This document shows, piece after piece, positions 62,721-64,000 of a stretch of 64,000 nt of DNA (positions are counted from its first letter, which is position 1; every line of letters starts with the position of its first letter). The translations under genes were made by a program, and so were the position numbers. Location of the stretch: positions 1 to 64,000 of the IMG/VR virus record IMGVR_UViG_3300028864_000016; one strand, given 5' to 3'. Under the pieces are notes generated by a model that had not been told where the DNA came from, made no database searches, and worked only from the letters and a program-made list of their open reading frames with translations.

Positions 62721-63200
62721 ATGATTATCTTGACCCCTTATTCAAAAGTAATAGATAGATTTGAACGTAAAATAAAAGAATATAAAGAATTTTTTTGTTA
62801 TGAAAATGTTACTGACGAACAATTTATAGAGATTACAAATAGAAGAGAAATGGGATTATTAGAAGATGCAATAAGTGAATTACAGTTGGTTGTATCTATT
62901 TCTCAGAATGTAAATTTTTTAGACAAAGATGATAATTTAGAAGCATTTAATTTTGATTTAGTACCAATCGAAGAAGATTTAATTAGTGATTATATGGTTG
63001 TAAAGATGTTCGATGAAGGAATAGTAAGACTAAAACAATATCAGAAATATTTTGGTGATGATATAAAAATGCCCAATTCTAATACAGAAAGGACTACTTA
63101 TTTAAAAGTTGCTGAATATAGACAAGCACAAATTGATAAAAAAGTTGCTAGTTATAACAGTAAGGACAGAAAAACTGGTAGTCATTTAATGGCATATTGA
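62721..63200 (+). CDS. Putative head-tail adaptor
   Basis: Position and size; TPYSKVIDRF N-terminus. Confidence 0.5.
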   Translation: MIILTPYSKVIDRFERKIKEYKEFFCYENVTDEQFIEITNRREMGLLEDAISELQLVVSISQNVNFLDKDDNLEAFNFDLVPIEEDLISDYMVVKMFDEGIVRLKQYQKYFGDDIKMPNSNTERTTYLKVAEYRQAQIDKKVASYNSKDRKTGSHLMAY

Positions 63201-63201
63201 T

Positions 63202-64000
63202 ATGAAGAAAGAAGATTTACAATATTATAGAATAATAAATAAAATTTCTGAAAATCAATCTTGTAAAGAATCATATATTTCTGAAATGTCTCAAGACTAC
63301 AACAAGGCAAGAGAAAATGCTATATATAGATTTGATGTATTAATAAATTCAATTGATGCAAAAGATGTATTTATAAATGAATTAGAAACTTCAATCAAAG
63401 GAGTTATCGACATCTCAAGGAAACAAACTGCTGATACTGAAATGGAAGAAAGATTGCAAGTATATCCTAATCTAATTAAGCGAGGCGATTATGTTAAGTT
63501 CAAAGTCAATGATACTGATACTCTTAGAACATATCTTATTAAATCTAAAATAGATAAGAAAAATGGATATGATGAAGGAATATTTGAGGAATGTAATTAT
63601 AATGTGAAGTTTATTTCAAGTAATGAATTAAATAAAATTATGGCAATTGTATCTAATAATACAAAATATACATTAGGGATTAAATCTTTAGTTTCAGGTA
63701 TTATTGAAGCAAATGGAATGTTTGGATTAATAATGTCAGATAATTCAATATCACAAAAAATAAGTTTAGGACAAAGATTTATAATTAACAAACAGGCTTG
63801 GAAGGCGACTCAAACGGACAGAGTGACGGTACCGGGAATATTAATAGTTTTATTAGGTGAGTCTAATATTAATGTAGAGACAGATGATGTAGTAAATGAA
63901 ATAGCAGATGCTCTTACGCATAATTATACAATTGCATTAAATTCAACATCACAATCAATAGTTGAAAACGGCACATATGAAATCAATCCAATAGTTAAAG
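63202..64000 (+). CDS. Partial head-completion/tail-associated protein running off the window
   Basis: ATG 63202 MKKEDLQYYRIINK..., reads open toward window end (IKRGDYV, EECNY, GQRFII...AWK). Confidence 0.65.
   Translation, partial: MKKEDLQYYRIINKISENQSCKESYISEMSQDYNKARENAIYRFDVLINSIDAKDVFINELETSIKGVIDISRKQTADTEMEERLQVYPNLIKRGDYVKFKVNDTDTLRTYLIKSKIDKKNGYDEGIFEECNYNVKFISSNELNKIMAIVSNNTKYTLGIKSLVSGIIEANGMFGLIMSDNSISQKISLGQRFIINKQAWKATQTDRVTVPGILIVLLGESNINVETDDVVNEIADALTHNYTIALNSTSQSIVENGTYEINPIVK

Larger units (their letters stand above)
1..64000. mobile_element. Segment of an SPbeta-like large temperate phage with plasmid replicon and partition system (phage-plasmid)
   Basis: YonO-like RNAP, HU, terminase, portal, capsid in SPbeta-like order, plus Rep/iterons/DnaA boxes and TubZ/TubR/TubY; no host housekeeping genes. 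Confidence 0.88.

Noticed and set aside
5251-63791. Antisense or overlapping shadow ORFs (e.g. 5251-5526, 9681-9977, 24906-25184, 41762-42082, 59866-60318, 63597-63791)
   Set aside because: Opposite strand to well-supported genes, no RBS, I/L/F/S-rich composition typical of reverse-translated AT-rich DNA

Overview
Very AT-rich 64 kb segment of a large SPbeta-like temperate phage of a low-GC Firmicute (probably Clostridium-like) that appears to be maintained as a plasmid. Left arm (1-19.1 kb, minus strand): an array of short accessory genes, many with their own sigmaA promoter and terminator. It includes a DUF262 protein, an antirepressor, an RNAP alpha-CTD-like protein, a CYTH pseudogene and an SF2 helicase-like protein. 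Junctions between these units carry a TAAAA-N6-TTTTA palindrome with a variable spacer, and four genes share a covarying RNA hairpin just upstream of the RBS. Middle (19-34 kb): a 2 kb ORF-free skewed region, a pilin-like/membrane/VirB4-like ATPase module, a TubZ-TubR-TubY type III partition locus, and an iteron/DnaA-box origin with a Rep gene. Right arm (34-64 kb, plus strand), in SPbeta yonO-to-yonA-like order: single-subunit RNA polymerase (DFDSD motif), HU, PIN-PhoH, YonK/YonJ-like, ClpP-like, terminase, portal, protease/scaffold, decoration, major capsid and head-completion genes. The large terminase is split by two ORF-less group I introns and has a 4-bp duplication frameshift. Five free-standing endonuclease genes are present; two share an anti-RBS three-way-junction leader and one supplied a replacement 3' end to the gene it invaded. 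No tRNA, rRNA, CRISPR array or integrase was recognised. All assignments come from motif recognition by eye, without database searches.
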